DNA of 64,000 nt, from positions 49,056-113,055 of the forward strand of contig CAVTCR010000070.1 of NCBI GenBank assembly GCA_963733195.1. Reading direction: 5' to 3'. Shown in pieces: positions 38,394-48,845 of the stretch (the stretch's first letter is position 1; every line of letters starts with the position of its first letter). Under the pieces are notes generated by a model. The model did not search any database. It saw only the letters and a program-made list of their open reading frames with translations, and was not told where the DNA came from. Made by a program: the position numbers and the translations under genes. The DNA is from an uncultured delta proteobacterium. GTDB taxonomy: Bacteria > Desulfobacterota > Binatia > Bin18.

Positions 38394-39223
38394 GGCCTCC
38401 CTGGGAAAATCAATTCGATTTGCACGCCGGTGAGTTCAAACCCCATTTTCTTTGCTGTGTTCTTTCCGGTTTTTCCATGCACGATAATATATTCATCTCC
38501 GGTTGCGATACGAAATTCCCCTTTCAGGTCCGTAACGTAGTCCAACATCTCACTGAATCCCGTCCCACCGCCTCCACGTTTGCTACTCACTCCCGGTTCA
38601 AGAGCTTTCAAAATCGCTTCGTGATGCGGCTGATGTGCAAGATAGGCATATTTTTCAGTGGTGGACAAGCAAGCCCTGATCCCTCTTCCACAATCACCAA
38701 TTGCCATCACAAGTTCTCCAGAAGGTCCGCGGTTGCGATAATACTGGACCATGAAGGCTGCCAGGTTTTGGCCTGAATGCTCGACGAAATTCTGTACAAG
38801 CTCGGCCGTAACTTCAGCAACGACACTTGGACGCAATTTGTCAGCGTTCCTCTCCACGACGTTAGCAACTGCGTCTGCCAGCTCCTCCGCAACATGCTGA
38901 TCTTTTTCTACATCTGCGATGTCGTCGAGAGAGGTAGAAGTCGTAAAGCGACGCAGGTTTTCTGTCTTGATCACTCGCGGGTCAAAATTAAACCGCTCCC
39001 AGAATTGCTGTTGAGCAAGATACTGTCGGGCTTTTTTGTTACTGGGTGGGGCAACGTCGAAGGATCGCTTCTGTGAATTGAAATGGCGGAGAAACATTCC
39101 TAAATACACCAAGGCAAACGGCTCAAAGAAAGTTACGTCAGACAAGTCTATCGTTGGTCTTTGCTTCGCAAAATTGACCTTGCTACAAAACTCTCCAATA
39201 GTGAAAAATGTAAGACTGCTCAT
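38390..39223 (-). CDS. GHKL/HATPase_c ATP-binding protein with STAS-like N-terminus
   Basis: N box ELVQNFVEHS, G1 IGDCGRGI, G2 GVSSKRGGGGTGF. Confidence 0.75.
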   Translation of the reverse strand: MSSLTFFTIGEFCSKVNFAKQRPTIDLSDVTFFEPFALVYLGMFLRHFNSQKRSFDVAPPSNKKARQYLAQQQFWERFNFDPRVIKTENLRRFTTSTSLDDIADVEKDQHVAEELADAVANVVERNADKLRPSVVAEVTAELVQNFVEHSGQNLAAFMVQYYRNRGPSGELVMAIGDCGRGIRACLSTTEKYAYLAHQPHHEAILKALEPGVSSKRGGGGTGFSEMLDYVTDLKGEFRIATGDEYIIVHGKTGKNTAKKMGFELTGVQIELIFPGRP

Positions 39224-39322
39224 AGGAACCTTATTACAACTCCGCCACAGGATGAGAAGGACAACCCAAAGCCTTTTATGCTTAGCGCATTCAGCCGTTA
39301 AAGTGAAAGAGGTATGTTTACT

Positions 39323-40240
39323 TCACCCCAACAACACCAGTGCGATTCCAGCCGTGACCAAAGCCACGCCAGGAAGCTGACGGAGAATCTCACGTTCCCG
39401 CCAGACGACAAGCGCAAGGACAACCGCAAGGATCGCCTCAATTTGGCCCACAGCTTTGGCATAGGCGACAAGAGTCAGCGAATATGACCAGAACCAACAC
39501 AAGCTACCGCCGAAGCCAGCCGCGCCAATGAGTGCCATTCGTCGCCAGTGTACGGGGACGAGGCGAAACTCTTGTGGTTTGTCCAGGCAATGAGCGGAGT
39601 GAGGATAACAACTTCAATCCATACCGTATGAAAGAGTGTATGGGCAGAGGAGACGAACCGCCCAGACCCGACCCAGGGATTGGCTGACAACAAACACTTT
39701 GTTTGCTTCTTTCAACATAAAGCTGGCAATGACGATAAAGAAGGCACACGCTAAGGCCAGCAGGGTGCCCGTGTCGAGATGAAACGCGCGACGCCAACCA
39801 TCCGGTCCAGTTTCTCGCCCAAGGTTCATGAATAACACGCCGAGACTACACACGCCGATGCCAAGCCAGCCAGTCATAGTCGGATATTCACCAAAGAGCA
39901 GGACACCAGTAACAGCAGTGAAAGCAACTTCAAGTTTGTGCAATACGATCGACTGGGCAAAGTTGGCACGGTTAAAGGCCGCGATCAGAGCAATGTTCCC
40001 GAGAATCTGAGTGACGGCAGTTGCAGTACAGTAACCGAAGAACGCCAACGGTAACTGTGGCCAGCCATAACGGTACAGCAATAATGCAGTGAGAGGGAGG
40101 CACAACGGCAAATTGAAAGCGAATCGCGACCAACTATTAAGTAGTGGCGAAACTTTTCCCGCCAGACTGCGGGAAAAGGCGTTTCGGGCAGTTTGCAAAC
40201 ACCCAGCGGTGAAGGCAATCTCAGCCCACATTACTTCCAC
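39323..40240 (-). CDS. DMT/EamA family transporter (frameshifted)
   Basis: Hydrophobic helices across ORFs 39614-40240 and 39323-39538; AVGQIE...W.E motif. Confidence 0.75.
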
Positions 40241-40767
40241 GCTCGGCGGAATTCACACTGAGGGAGGGCTTCTTGAAGGGCGTCGACAGCAGCGGTACTC
40301 ACCAGAGTACTGCGGAGATTGAGAACTCGCAGTCCGGTCAAGCTTCGCAAATGTGCGAGGCCGGCATCGCTAATGGGGGTGTCGTAGAGCCACAACACAC
40401 GGAGGCCGCTGAGTTTGCTCAAATGTGCCAATTGCGCATTTGAGACACGTGTACTGGAAAGCTGGAGATATTGGATGTCGTCAGGTCGAAGTTGACTTAA
40501 CGAGGAAAGGTCGGTTGCGGCTTGTGGGTTAATAATAAGACGTAACTCTTTGTCACTAGGGATGGAGATCATTCCACGTGCTTCACCGATAGGTTCCCAA
40601 AAAGCATAATCTTCAGGACTGAACTCACGATCACGCATCCACAACATGCCGAGTGAACGATCTGAGGGGAAGCGAACTTGGCGAGGCGGAAGGGCATTCG
40701 CAGCCTTGCCTTTACTATTCAATGAGAGCGTCAGTGACCCATGCCGGGGCGGTTTCGCATTGTTCAT
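40231..40767 (-). CDS. Leucine-rich repeat protein
   Basis: LRVLWLYDTPISDAGLAHLRSLTGLRVLNLRST repeats. Confidence 0.8.
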   Translation of the reverse strand: MNNAKPPRHGSLTLSLNSKGKAANALPPRQVRFPSDRSLGMLWMRDREFSPEDYAFWEPIGEARGMISIPSDKELRLIINPQAATDLSSLSQLRPDDIQYLQLSSTRVSNAQLAHLSKLSGLRVLWLYDTPISDAGLAHLRSLTGLRVLNLRSTLVSTAAVDALQEALPQCEFRRAWK

Positions 40768-40839
40768 GAAACGATTATCTCTTGCCTTCCTTATAACCGG
40801 GCTAAGTTAGCGATATGCGAGGGTAAGTCAACCGCTTTC

Positions 40840-40935
40840 GTCATTCCAGCGCAAGCTGGAATCCAGGAAGAATAACCGGCGGCTATTGCTTGAGGCACCT
40901 GGATTCCGGGTCTCGCGCTGCTCGCCCGGAATGAC
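40840..40935. repeat. GTCATTCC-type REP doublet
   Basis: GTCATTCCAGCGCAAGCTGGAATCCAG ... CTGGATTCCGGGTCTCGCGCTGCTCGCCCGGAATGAC. Confidence 0.75.
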
Positions 40936-41165
40936 GAAGAAGAGAACCCGCTCTGTATTTCGTGTGCTGTGTACTGAGCAGATCGATTGTGAAGAGTAGG
41001 GTATACAGATCGAACACAATGACATCGAGATCCTCGTCTGTGGTATACTAAGACATATCGAGAATACGAATCTTAGGGGGGATTTTCTGGGGCTCTTCGT
41101 GTCATCACTATTGCCGAGAATAGTCCTGGGCAGGTGTCACCGTACGTGCTGGGTATGAGGAGAGG

Positions 41166-44100
41166 GTGGAAGTGACAGTCCTCCAGAGCAACTTCGCCCA
41201 ACTCGCAGAGCACGACGAGCAGCTCTTACGTCTGGGGCTGCTTGCGGAACGGTATTTCCCAGAAGATCCAAATACTTCGCTGCTCAAGTTGCGCCAGTTG
41301 ACAGAACTGCTCGCGCAGCATGTCGCGACCAATGTCGGTGCCTATGTGTCGACGGAGGAGGCGCAGTACGACCTCATTCGTCGCCTGCAAGATCAAGGCA
41401 TCCTTCCTCGCGAGATTGCCCAACTCTTCAGTGAAGTGAGGCGAGCAGGCAACGCCGCTAGCCATGCGCTGGTCGGAGATCATCGCACCGCGCTCGCAGC
41501 ACTCAAGATCACCTGGCAAATTGGCGTCTGGTTTCATCGCACCTTCAAGAATCCGGCATTTAAGTCTGGCGCTTTCATTCCACCGCAGGCTCCACGGGAT
41601 GAATCCGACGATCTGCGTGCTGAACTTGCGCGTCTGACCAGGGAGTTGGACGAGCATCGCGCTGCCCATCATGAAGTCGTGCAGCACCTCGAATCCACCG
41701 AAGCCAAGCTGCGCGAGGCTAAAGACGAACAGTCCTTCTGGGAACAGATGGCGGTCGAAGCCGAGAATGCTAAAGCCACGCTCGCCCAGCAGCTAGCGCA
41801 GCAGCAGGCGTTGACCGCCACGCAGTCAAAAGAAACTGTGGCTACGTTCGTTGCGGCTGCGAACACTGCTGCGACAGCAGTACATCTTGATGAGGCCGAG
41901 ACCCGTACACTCATCGACCAACAACTCCGCCAGGCAGGGTGGGAAGCCGACTCCGCGACCATCAGATACTCGACCGGTGCACGCCCCGAGAAGGGGAAGA
42001 ACCTGGCGATCGCCGAGTGGCCTACTGCGAGCGGCCCGGCTGATTACGTCCTCTTCGTTGGCCTCACGCCGATGGCTGCGGTCGAGGCCAAACGCAAGAA
42101 CACCGACGTCTCCGGCGCCTTACAACAAGCCAAGCGCTACAGCCGTGGATTCACTCCTAGTGAAGAGACAGCGTTGCATCCGGAGAACTGGGGTGCTGAA
42201 AACACTTACCGTTTGCCTTTTGTCTTCTCGTCCAACGGCCGCCCGTATCTGCGTCAACTCGCTACCAAAAGTGGTATCTGGTTTTGTGACGTGCGCCGTA
42301 CCGACAACCTCGGCCACGCGCTCGATGGCTGGTACACACCCGAAGGTTTGACCACCCTACTCAAGCGTGACGAGCAACGCGCGCACGACCAGCTTAAAAC
42401 CGAACCATTCAACTACGGCTTCTTGCTGCGCCACTACCAACAAGCCGCCATCCAAGCCGCAGAATCCGCCATCGCCCAGGGGCGACGCGAGATGTTGCTC
42501 GCCATGGCCACTGGCACCGGCAAGACTAAGACTTGTATCGCACTGATCTATCGCTTGCTCAAAGTGCAACGCTTCCGCCGCGTGCTCTTTCTCGTGGATC
42601 GTTCTGCACTCGGCGAACAAGCCGCCAACGCGTTCAAGGACACGCGAATGGAGAGCCTGCAGACCTTCGCCGACATCTTCGGCATCAAGGAACTCGACGA
42701 GCAGAAGCCCGACACTGACACCGCCGTGCATATCGCCACGGTGCAAGGTATGGTTCAACGCACGCTCTATCCAGGCGAGGATACGGCGCCGCCGGCCGTC
42801 GATCAGTACGACTGCATTGTCGTCGACGAGTGTCATCGCGGCTATCTACTCGATCGTGAACTGTCTGATACTGAACTCGGCTTCCGCAGCTTCGAAGACT
42901 ACATCTCGAAATATCGCCGCGTGCTGGATTACTTTGACGCCTACAAGATCGGTCTCACTGCCACTCCAGCCTTACATACCACGCAAATCTTCGGCACGCC
43001 GATCTATACTTACAGCTATCGCGAAGCAGTGATTGACGGTTATCTCGTTGACCATGAGCCACCGGTGCAGATCAACACTGAGCTGTCCACCGACGGTATC
43101 AAGTGGAGAGTCGGTGAAACAGTCTCTGTTTTCGACCCGCACCGCAACCAGATCGATCTCTTTACCACGCCCGATGAGATCAAGCTCGATATCGAGGACT
43201 TTAACCGTAAGGTCATTACCAGGCCATTCAACGAGGTCATCTGCAATTACCTGGCACAAGAACTCGACCCTGCTTCGCGTCAGAAAACTTTGATCTTCTG
43301 CGCCACTGACGCGCACGCGGATCTCGTTGTCGACTTGCTCAAGCAAGCGTTTAAGAACCACTACGGCACAGTCGACGACGATGCTGTTATCAAGATCACC
43401 GGCGCCGCCGATAAGCCGCTGCAACTGATCCGCCGCTACAAGAACGAGCGCAACCCGAACGTCGCTGTCACAGTGGACCTGTTGACCACCGGCGTGGATG
43501 TGCCCGAAATCTGTAACCTCGTCTTCCTACGCCGGGTCAATAGTCGCATCCTGTTCGACCAGATGCTTGGCCGCGCGACGCGTCTGTGCGAGGAGATTGG
43601 TAAAGAGACCTTCCGCATCTTCGATGCAGTGAAGATCTACGAAGCCCTGAAGGGCCTCACCGCAATGCAACCCGTGGTCATCAACCCAGCCATCAGCTTC
43701 ACCCAACTCGCCCGCGAGCTGACGCAGGTGACCAGCGACAAGGAACGCGCGCTCGTGCGCGACCAATTCGTCGCTAAACTCCAGCGCAAGAAGCGCCACT
43801 TGAGTGAAGCCAACACTCGCGACTTCGAAACCCGTGCCGGCATGCCGCCCGATGCCTTTCTTCGGAAGCTCCGCACTATGCCATTGACGGACATCGCGGC
43901 CTGGTTCACGCAGCATCCTGACCTTGGCGAAATCCTCGACCGCAAGGGAGAAGGGCGTGCGACCCCGGTCTTCATCTCCGAGCATCCTGACCAGTTGCTC
44001 AGCACCGAACGTGGCTATGGCAAGGCCAAGAAGCCGGACGACTACCTCAAGGAGTTCACCGCTTTCATCAATAGCCACCGCAACGACATCCCGGCGCTAC

Positions 44101-44548
44101 TCACCGTGCTCACCCGTCCGCGTGAACTCACTCGCAAACAATTGCGCGAACTCGCACTTAGAGCTGGACCAAGGCTGGTTACAGCGAGGTCAATCTCGCC
44201 ATCGCCTGGCGCGAGAAGACCAATCAAGACATTGCCGCACGTATCATCGGTTACATCCGTCAGGCTGCCATCGGTGATCCACTGTTGCCCTATGAGCAAC
44301 GGGTGGACAACGCTTTGCAGAAAATGCTCGCCTCGCGCGCCTGGTCCACGCCGCAGCGTCAGTGGTTACAGAAGATCGCCGCCCAGACCAAGGCCAACCT
44401 CATCGTCGATCGCGCTGCGCTCGATGACCCGGACCTCGTCTTCAAGCGCGAAGGTGGCGGCTTCACCCGGCTCGACCGTATCTTCGGTGGCGAACTCACG
44501 CAGGTACTCGAAACATTCAACGATGCTCTGTGGGAAGATGCAGCCTGA
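41166..44548 (+). CDS. hsdR: Type I restriction enzyme R subunit (EcoKI-like), frameshift near 44160
   Basis: ADYVLF...VEAKR nuclease, MATGTGKT, DECHR, TATP, LLTTGVD, QMLGRATR; C-terminus in ORF 44285-44548. Confidence 0.93.
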
Positions 44549-44557
44549 GTCAGAACT

Positions 44558-44672
44558 GTGAGGCTGGAATAAGCGGAGCGTTTCGGCGAGGAAAAGGATA
44601 CCGCCAGGAACGTTGTGGCATCCTGGCCTACGATGAGAGATCGTAGGCCGGAATAAGCGCAGCGTTTCCGGC
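44558..44672. repeat. REP array, left flank of RAYT
   Basis: Forward REPs at 44558-44587 and 44643-44672 (GTAGGCCGGAATAAGCGCAGCGTTTCCGGC); reverse arm 44603-44631 ending CCTAC. Confidence 0.88.
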
Positions 44673-44686
44673 AGTAGGATGTGCTC

Positions 44687-45206
44687 ATGAGTGACTATCG
44701 AAGGCTTTATATTCCTGGCGGCTCTTATTTCTTCACCGTAGTCACATATGAACGGCAGTATTTATTCACTACTGCGCAACGGGTGAAAGAGCTGCGTCAA
44801 GCATTTAGCTACGTCAAAATGCGCCGTCCCTTTGCTATTGTTGCAGCCGTCGTGCTCCCGGATCATCTTCACTGCTTGTGGCAATTACCGGATGGTGACT
44901 GCGATTTCTCGACTCGCTGGCAAATGATTAAGACGGAATTTTCACGACGCATTCCTTCGCCGGCAGGAAAGGATGGGGCAAAGACGATTTGGCAACCTCG
45001 CTTTTGGGAACATCGTGATTCGCGACGAAGAGGATTTTCGCCGTCATCTCGACTACATCCACTACAATCCAGTGAAGCATGGATTGGTGTCCGCTCCTGC
45101 AGCATGGCCGTACAGCTCTTTTCGGAAATTCGTCAGGATGCACTGGTATGACGTGGATTGGGGTGCTACAGAACCCAAAACTCTCGCTAACCTGGAATAC
45201 GAGTAG
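44687..45206 (+). mobile_element. REP-associated tyrosine transposase (RAYT, Y1 HUH), frameshift near 45015
   Basis: YRR..PGGSYFFTVVT, HUH LPDHLHCLW, WQPRFWEH; second frame IRDEEDF..HLDYIHYNPVKHGLV...WPYSSF. Confidence 0.92.
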
Positions 45207-45212
45207 AAGAGT

Positions 45213-45428
45213 GCCAGGACACGGCCTGCGATGAGAGAGCTGTAGGCCGGAATAAGCGCAGCGTTATCCGGCACGACGGGATGCCAGGAACGGCCGTGGC
45301 CTTATCCTGGCCTACGATGAAATGTAGGCCGGAATAAGCGGAGCGTTTCCGGCACTCGAGAGAGCAAGACGCTGGGCCTAACCGGCTACGATGAAGAGGT
45401 AGGCCGGAATAAGCGCAGCGTTTCCGGC
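45213..45428. repeat. REP/BIME-like array, right flank of RAYT
   Basis: Forward REPs at 45242, 45324, 45399 alternate with reverse arms (45213, 45283, 45368) and GATGA linkers. Confidence 0.9.
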
Positions 45429-45444
45429 AACAAGAGACGAAACC

Positions 45445-46917
45445 ATGAGCACCATCACCCACGACATCGTCGCCAAACTGTGGAACCTCTGTAACGTCCT
45501 CAAGGACGACGGGGTCACCTATCACCAGTACGTCACCGAGCTGACCTATCTCTTGTTCCTCAAGATGGCCAAAGAGACCGGCACCGAGGAGCAGATTCCC
45601 ACCGGCCATCGTTGGGACGACCTCGAAGCCAAGGCTGCACCGGACCGTCTCGAAGCCTACAAACTCACCTTGATCCATCTCGGCAGCCACGGTTCCACGC
45701 TGGTGAAGGAGATCTTCGGCAACGCCAGTTCCTTCATCAAGAAACCCGCCACCCTCTCCACCCTCGTCGCCGAGATCGACAAACTCGACTGGTACAGCGC
45801 ACGGCAGGAAGGGCTGGGCGATCTCTACGAAGGCCTGCTGGAGAAGAACGCCAACGAGAAGAAATCTGGCGCCGGTCAGTACTTCACGCCCCGGCCGTTG
45901 ATCGACTGCATGGTGGCGGTGATGAAGCCGATGTTGCAAGACATCATCCAAGACCCTGCCGCTGGCACTGGTGGTTTTCTCATCGCCTCCAATCGGTACA
46001 TCCGTGAACACAGTGACCCCGATGCGTGGACGGAAGCGGAGCAGCGTAAATACCGCCGCAACACTTTCTTCGGCATGGAGCACGTACAGGACGCGCACCG
46101 CCTGGCGTTGATGAACCTGATGTTGCACGGGCTGGACTCCGACCCGCACGCTTCCGGCATTCGCTATGGAGATACACTCTCACCCGAAGGGCAAGCGCTG
46201 CCCAAGGCAACGCTCGTTCTCACCAATCCGCCGTTTGGCACCAAGAAAGGCGGCGGGTTGCCATCGCGCGATGACTTCACCTTTCCGACCAGCAACAAGC
46301 AGTTCTGCTTCCTCCAGCATATCTACCGTGCGCTCCTGCCCGGCGGTCGCGCGGAGTTGATTTTGCCCGACAACGTGCTGTTCGAGGGCAACGTCGGCAA
46401 ACAGATCCGTGCCGATCTCATGGACAAGTGCAACCTGCACACCATCCTGCGCCTGCCCACCGGCATCTTCTACGCCCAGGGCGTGAAGACCAACGTACTG
46501 TTCTTCACTCGTGGTGAGACGGACAAGGGCAACACCAAGGAAGTGTGGGTCTACGACCTGCGCGCCAACATGCCGCAGTTCGGTAAGCGCACCATGCTCA
46601 CGCGCCAGCACTTCGCCGAGTTCGAAGAGGCCTTCGGTGACGATCCGCTCGGCAGTCGCAACAGAGTCTGAAGAAACGCAAGGACACCGGCGAGGCTGGC
46701 CGCTTCCGTCGCTTCACCCGCGAATGGATCGCCGAACGTGGCGACAGTCTCGACATCGAGTTGGCTCAAGGACGAGAGCGACGGCGGCACGGACGAACTG
46801 CCGGAACCGGCCGCGCTCGCGCAGGAGGCGATGGGCGAACTCGAAGGCGCGATGGAAGAACTGCGCGGGATTCTGGAGGAGTTAGGTGAGGAGATAGATG
46901 AGGAGGTAGCGGCGTGA
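45445..46917 (+). CDS. hsdM: Type I R-M methyltransferase subunit (frameshifts in the 3' end)
   Basis: KLWNLCNVLKDDG, GQYFTPR, DPAAGTGGFL, NPPF, LRLPTGIFYAQGVKTN; stop overlaps the hsdS GTG. Confidence 0.93.
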
Positions 46918-48393
46918 GTGAGCTGCCTGCCGGATGGACATTGCGCTTGCGTATCGGCGACATTGCACGATGCGGTTCGGTGAATGTCCGATGCACTGCA
47001 CTCAGGGTGAGACTTCGGACGACTCGGAGTTCTACAGATTGCGACATTCGGATCTGTAGACTGAAGCAGAGCTGTGCGCAACTTCGCAGATGCGTGAGGA
47101 TATGTTGCGCAAGCAGTCGCACCGAGCTTACAAGACGGTGAAGCCGGTATTGCCTGCGCGACAGTGTACGCTAAGTTGGCGCAGCGATTACGCTGAATCG
47201 ACGTATGCTCAAGTCGGTTGAAGCTGCTCTTGACCGACACCAACTCATTCGGTCAAGTCGATCTCGATGAGTCGATACCGTCTTCGACATGCTTCTTACG
47301 TATGCGGACCTCACGAAGCTATGCGTACGAGCTGGACAACAGTCGCGCACGCTCGACACTCGGATGTCATCGAAGTCGTTCGAGGTTCCGCTTACCCCCG
47401 CTCAACGAACAGAAGCGCATCGCCGACAAGCTCGACGCGGTCCTCGCGCGGGTCGACGCCTGCCGCGAACGCCTCGACCGCGTCCCCGCCATCCTCAAAC
47501 GCTTCCGCCAATCCGTCCTCGCCGCCGCCACCTCCGGCAAGCTGACGGAGGAGTGGCGAGGACAGAGCATACGTGACTACAGCTATTGGAGTATGCACTC
47601 GTTGGCGAAGTTGCATCAAGGTCTCAATCGAGGGAAATCCTTATGCGGCTTCCAGAGTTGGCAATGGATGGCGCTCGCGATATCCAAGTGATTGGCAGGC
47701 ATACTGAGTGCCGCAATGCGCTATCGGACAATGAGCAAATGCTTACCGTACAGAGACTATGGATGCGTTGTGGCGTTATCGGGTTCGACGTACTGTGGAA
47801 GCGTGAATATTTACTCGCCTGCAGAGGATGGCAAAATTAGTCGTGGATCAGACAACGCGCTAATAGTACCGACACTGGATGAATCATCTTGACTGCAAAT
47901 CAGCTATATAGTATCTTAATGCATGGAAGCGAGTTAATCCTTCGAGCTCAAGTCGACTTCATCAACGGAATAGACCAGTCAAATTTACCGAGGTGAAAAT
48001 ATATCCGCATTCCCGATTCCAGTTGCCGCTCATTGGCCAGAGCAACACGAAATCGTCCGCCGTGTCGAAGCCCTCTTCGCCTACGCCGACCGCCTCGAAG
48101 CTCGCTACACCGCCGCCCGCGCCCAGGTCGAACGCCTGACACCTGCGCTGCTCGCCAAGGCCTTTCGCGGCGAACTGGTCCCCCAGGACCCGAACGACGA
48201 ACCCGCGTCGGTGTTGTTGGAACGTATCCACGCGCTTGGAGTAGGCCGGAATAAGCGTAGCGTTTCCGGCACGGAGGCAACCGCCGGGAACGGCCTGGGG
48301 CTCCTTCGACTGGGCTCACCTGTGCCTGCGGCACTGGCGCAGGCAGGACAGGCTTATCCCGGCCTACGAAAAAAGACTCGTGGAAAGACGTAG
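46914..48393 (+). CDS. hsdS: Type I R-M specificity subunit; conserved segments intact, both TRDs out of frame or garbled
   Basis: MSELPAGW; [14 protein letters not shown]...[19 protein letters not shown]; [13 protein letters not shown]...[23 protein letters not shown]. Confidence 0.85.
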
Positions 48394-48419
48394 GTCGGAA
48401 TAAGCGGAGCGTTTCCGGC
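48241..48419. repeat. REP doublet with 51-bp nested insert, followed by a forward REP
   Basis: Forward REP 48241-48270, reverse arm 48283-48367 (insert 48302-48352), forward REP 48390-48419. Confidence 0.88.
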
Positions 48420-48439
48420 AATGGCGCTGTGCCCAGGAT

Positions 48440-48787
48440 TTAAGCAGCTTTCCGTACGCTACGCTTCTTCCCACCTCGATGCTTTCCTTTCGCTCCCGGA
48501 GTTATTTGGATCTTTACCGTTCCCCCCAAGGCTGAGACGGCACGCACAAGAGTTTTTAACTCGATGTTCTTCGCTTTGCCTGATTCGAGCTTGGCAATAG
48601 CTGGCTGACTCACTCCCAGTGCTTGCGCTAATTGCGTCTGAGACACACCCTGCGATTCTCTTAACGCAATCAGATCTTGCTCTAATCTCATCGTACTGAG
48701 GGTTGCCTCAATTTGCTGGTGAAACGCAGGGTTCGTTGAGAGCTGCCCGGCAAACCAATCCATGAATGGCTCTTTTTTCTTCATCAT
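48440..48787 (-). CDS. XRE-family HTH protein (HigA-like), no adjacent toxin
   Basis: LRESQGVSQTQLAQALGVSQPAIAKLESG. Confidence 0.88.
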   Translation of the reverse strand: MMKKKEPFMDWFAGQLSTNPAFHQQIEATLSTMRLEQDLIALRESQGVSQTQLAQALGVSQPAIAKLESGKAKNIELKTLVRAVSALGGTVKIQITPGAKGKHRGGKKRSVRKAA

Positions 48788-48811
48788 TTCACGTCTCGTT
48801 GTAGGGCAGAT

Positions 48812-48845
48812 GCCGGGAACGGCCTGCGGCCTTATCCCGGCCTAC
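48812..48845 (-). repeat. Reverse REP arm overlapping the thiolase stop codon
   Basis: GCCGGGAACGGCCTGCGGCCTTATCCCGGCCTAC. Confidence 0.85.

Noticed and set aside
44973-45151. Programmed frameshift or true pseudogene status for RAYT, pdhB, valS, hsdR and mazF2
   Set aside because: No consistent slippery motif seen; indels also hit essential genes, pointing to sequencing error
45242-45428. CRISPR-like array (30-bp repeats with 45-51-bp spacers)
   Set aside because: Spacers resemble each other and contain reverse REP arms, repeats start with GTAG, flank a RAYT and recur singly elsewhere, and no cas genes are present
45187-46149. 320-aa antisense ORF over hsdM, and similar ORFs over hsdR
   Set aside because: Antisense shadows of high-GC coding sequence; this one ends in translated REPs
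46914-48393. Invertase-driven hsdS shufflon or DGR target
   Set aside because: No recombinase, inverted silent hsdS copy, reverse transcriptase or template repeat in this window
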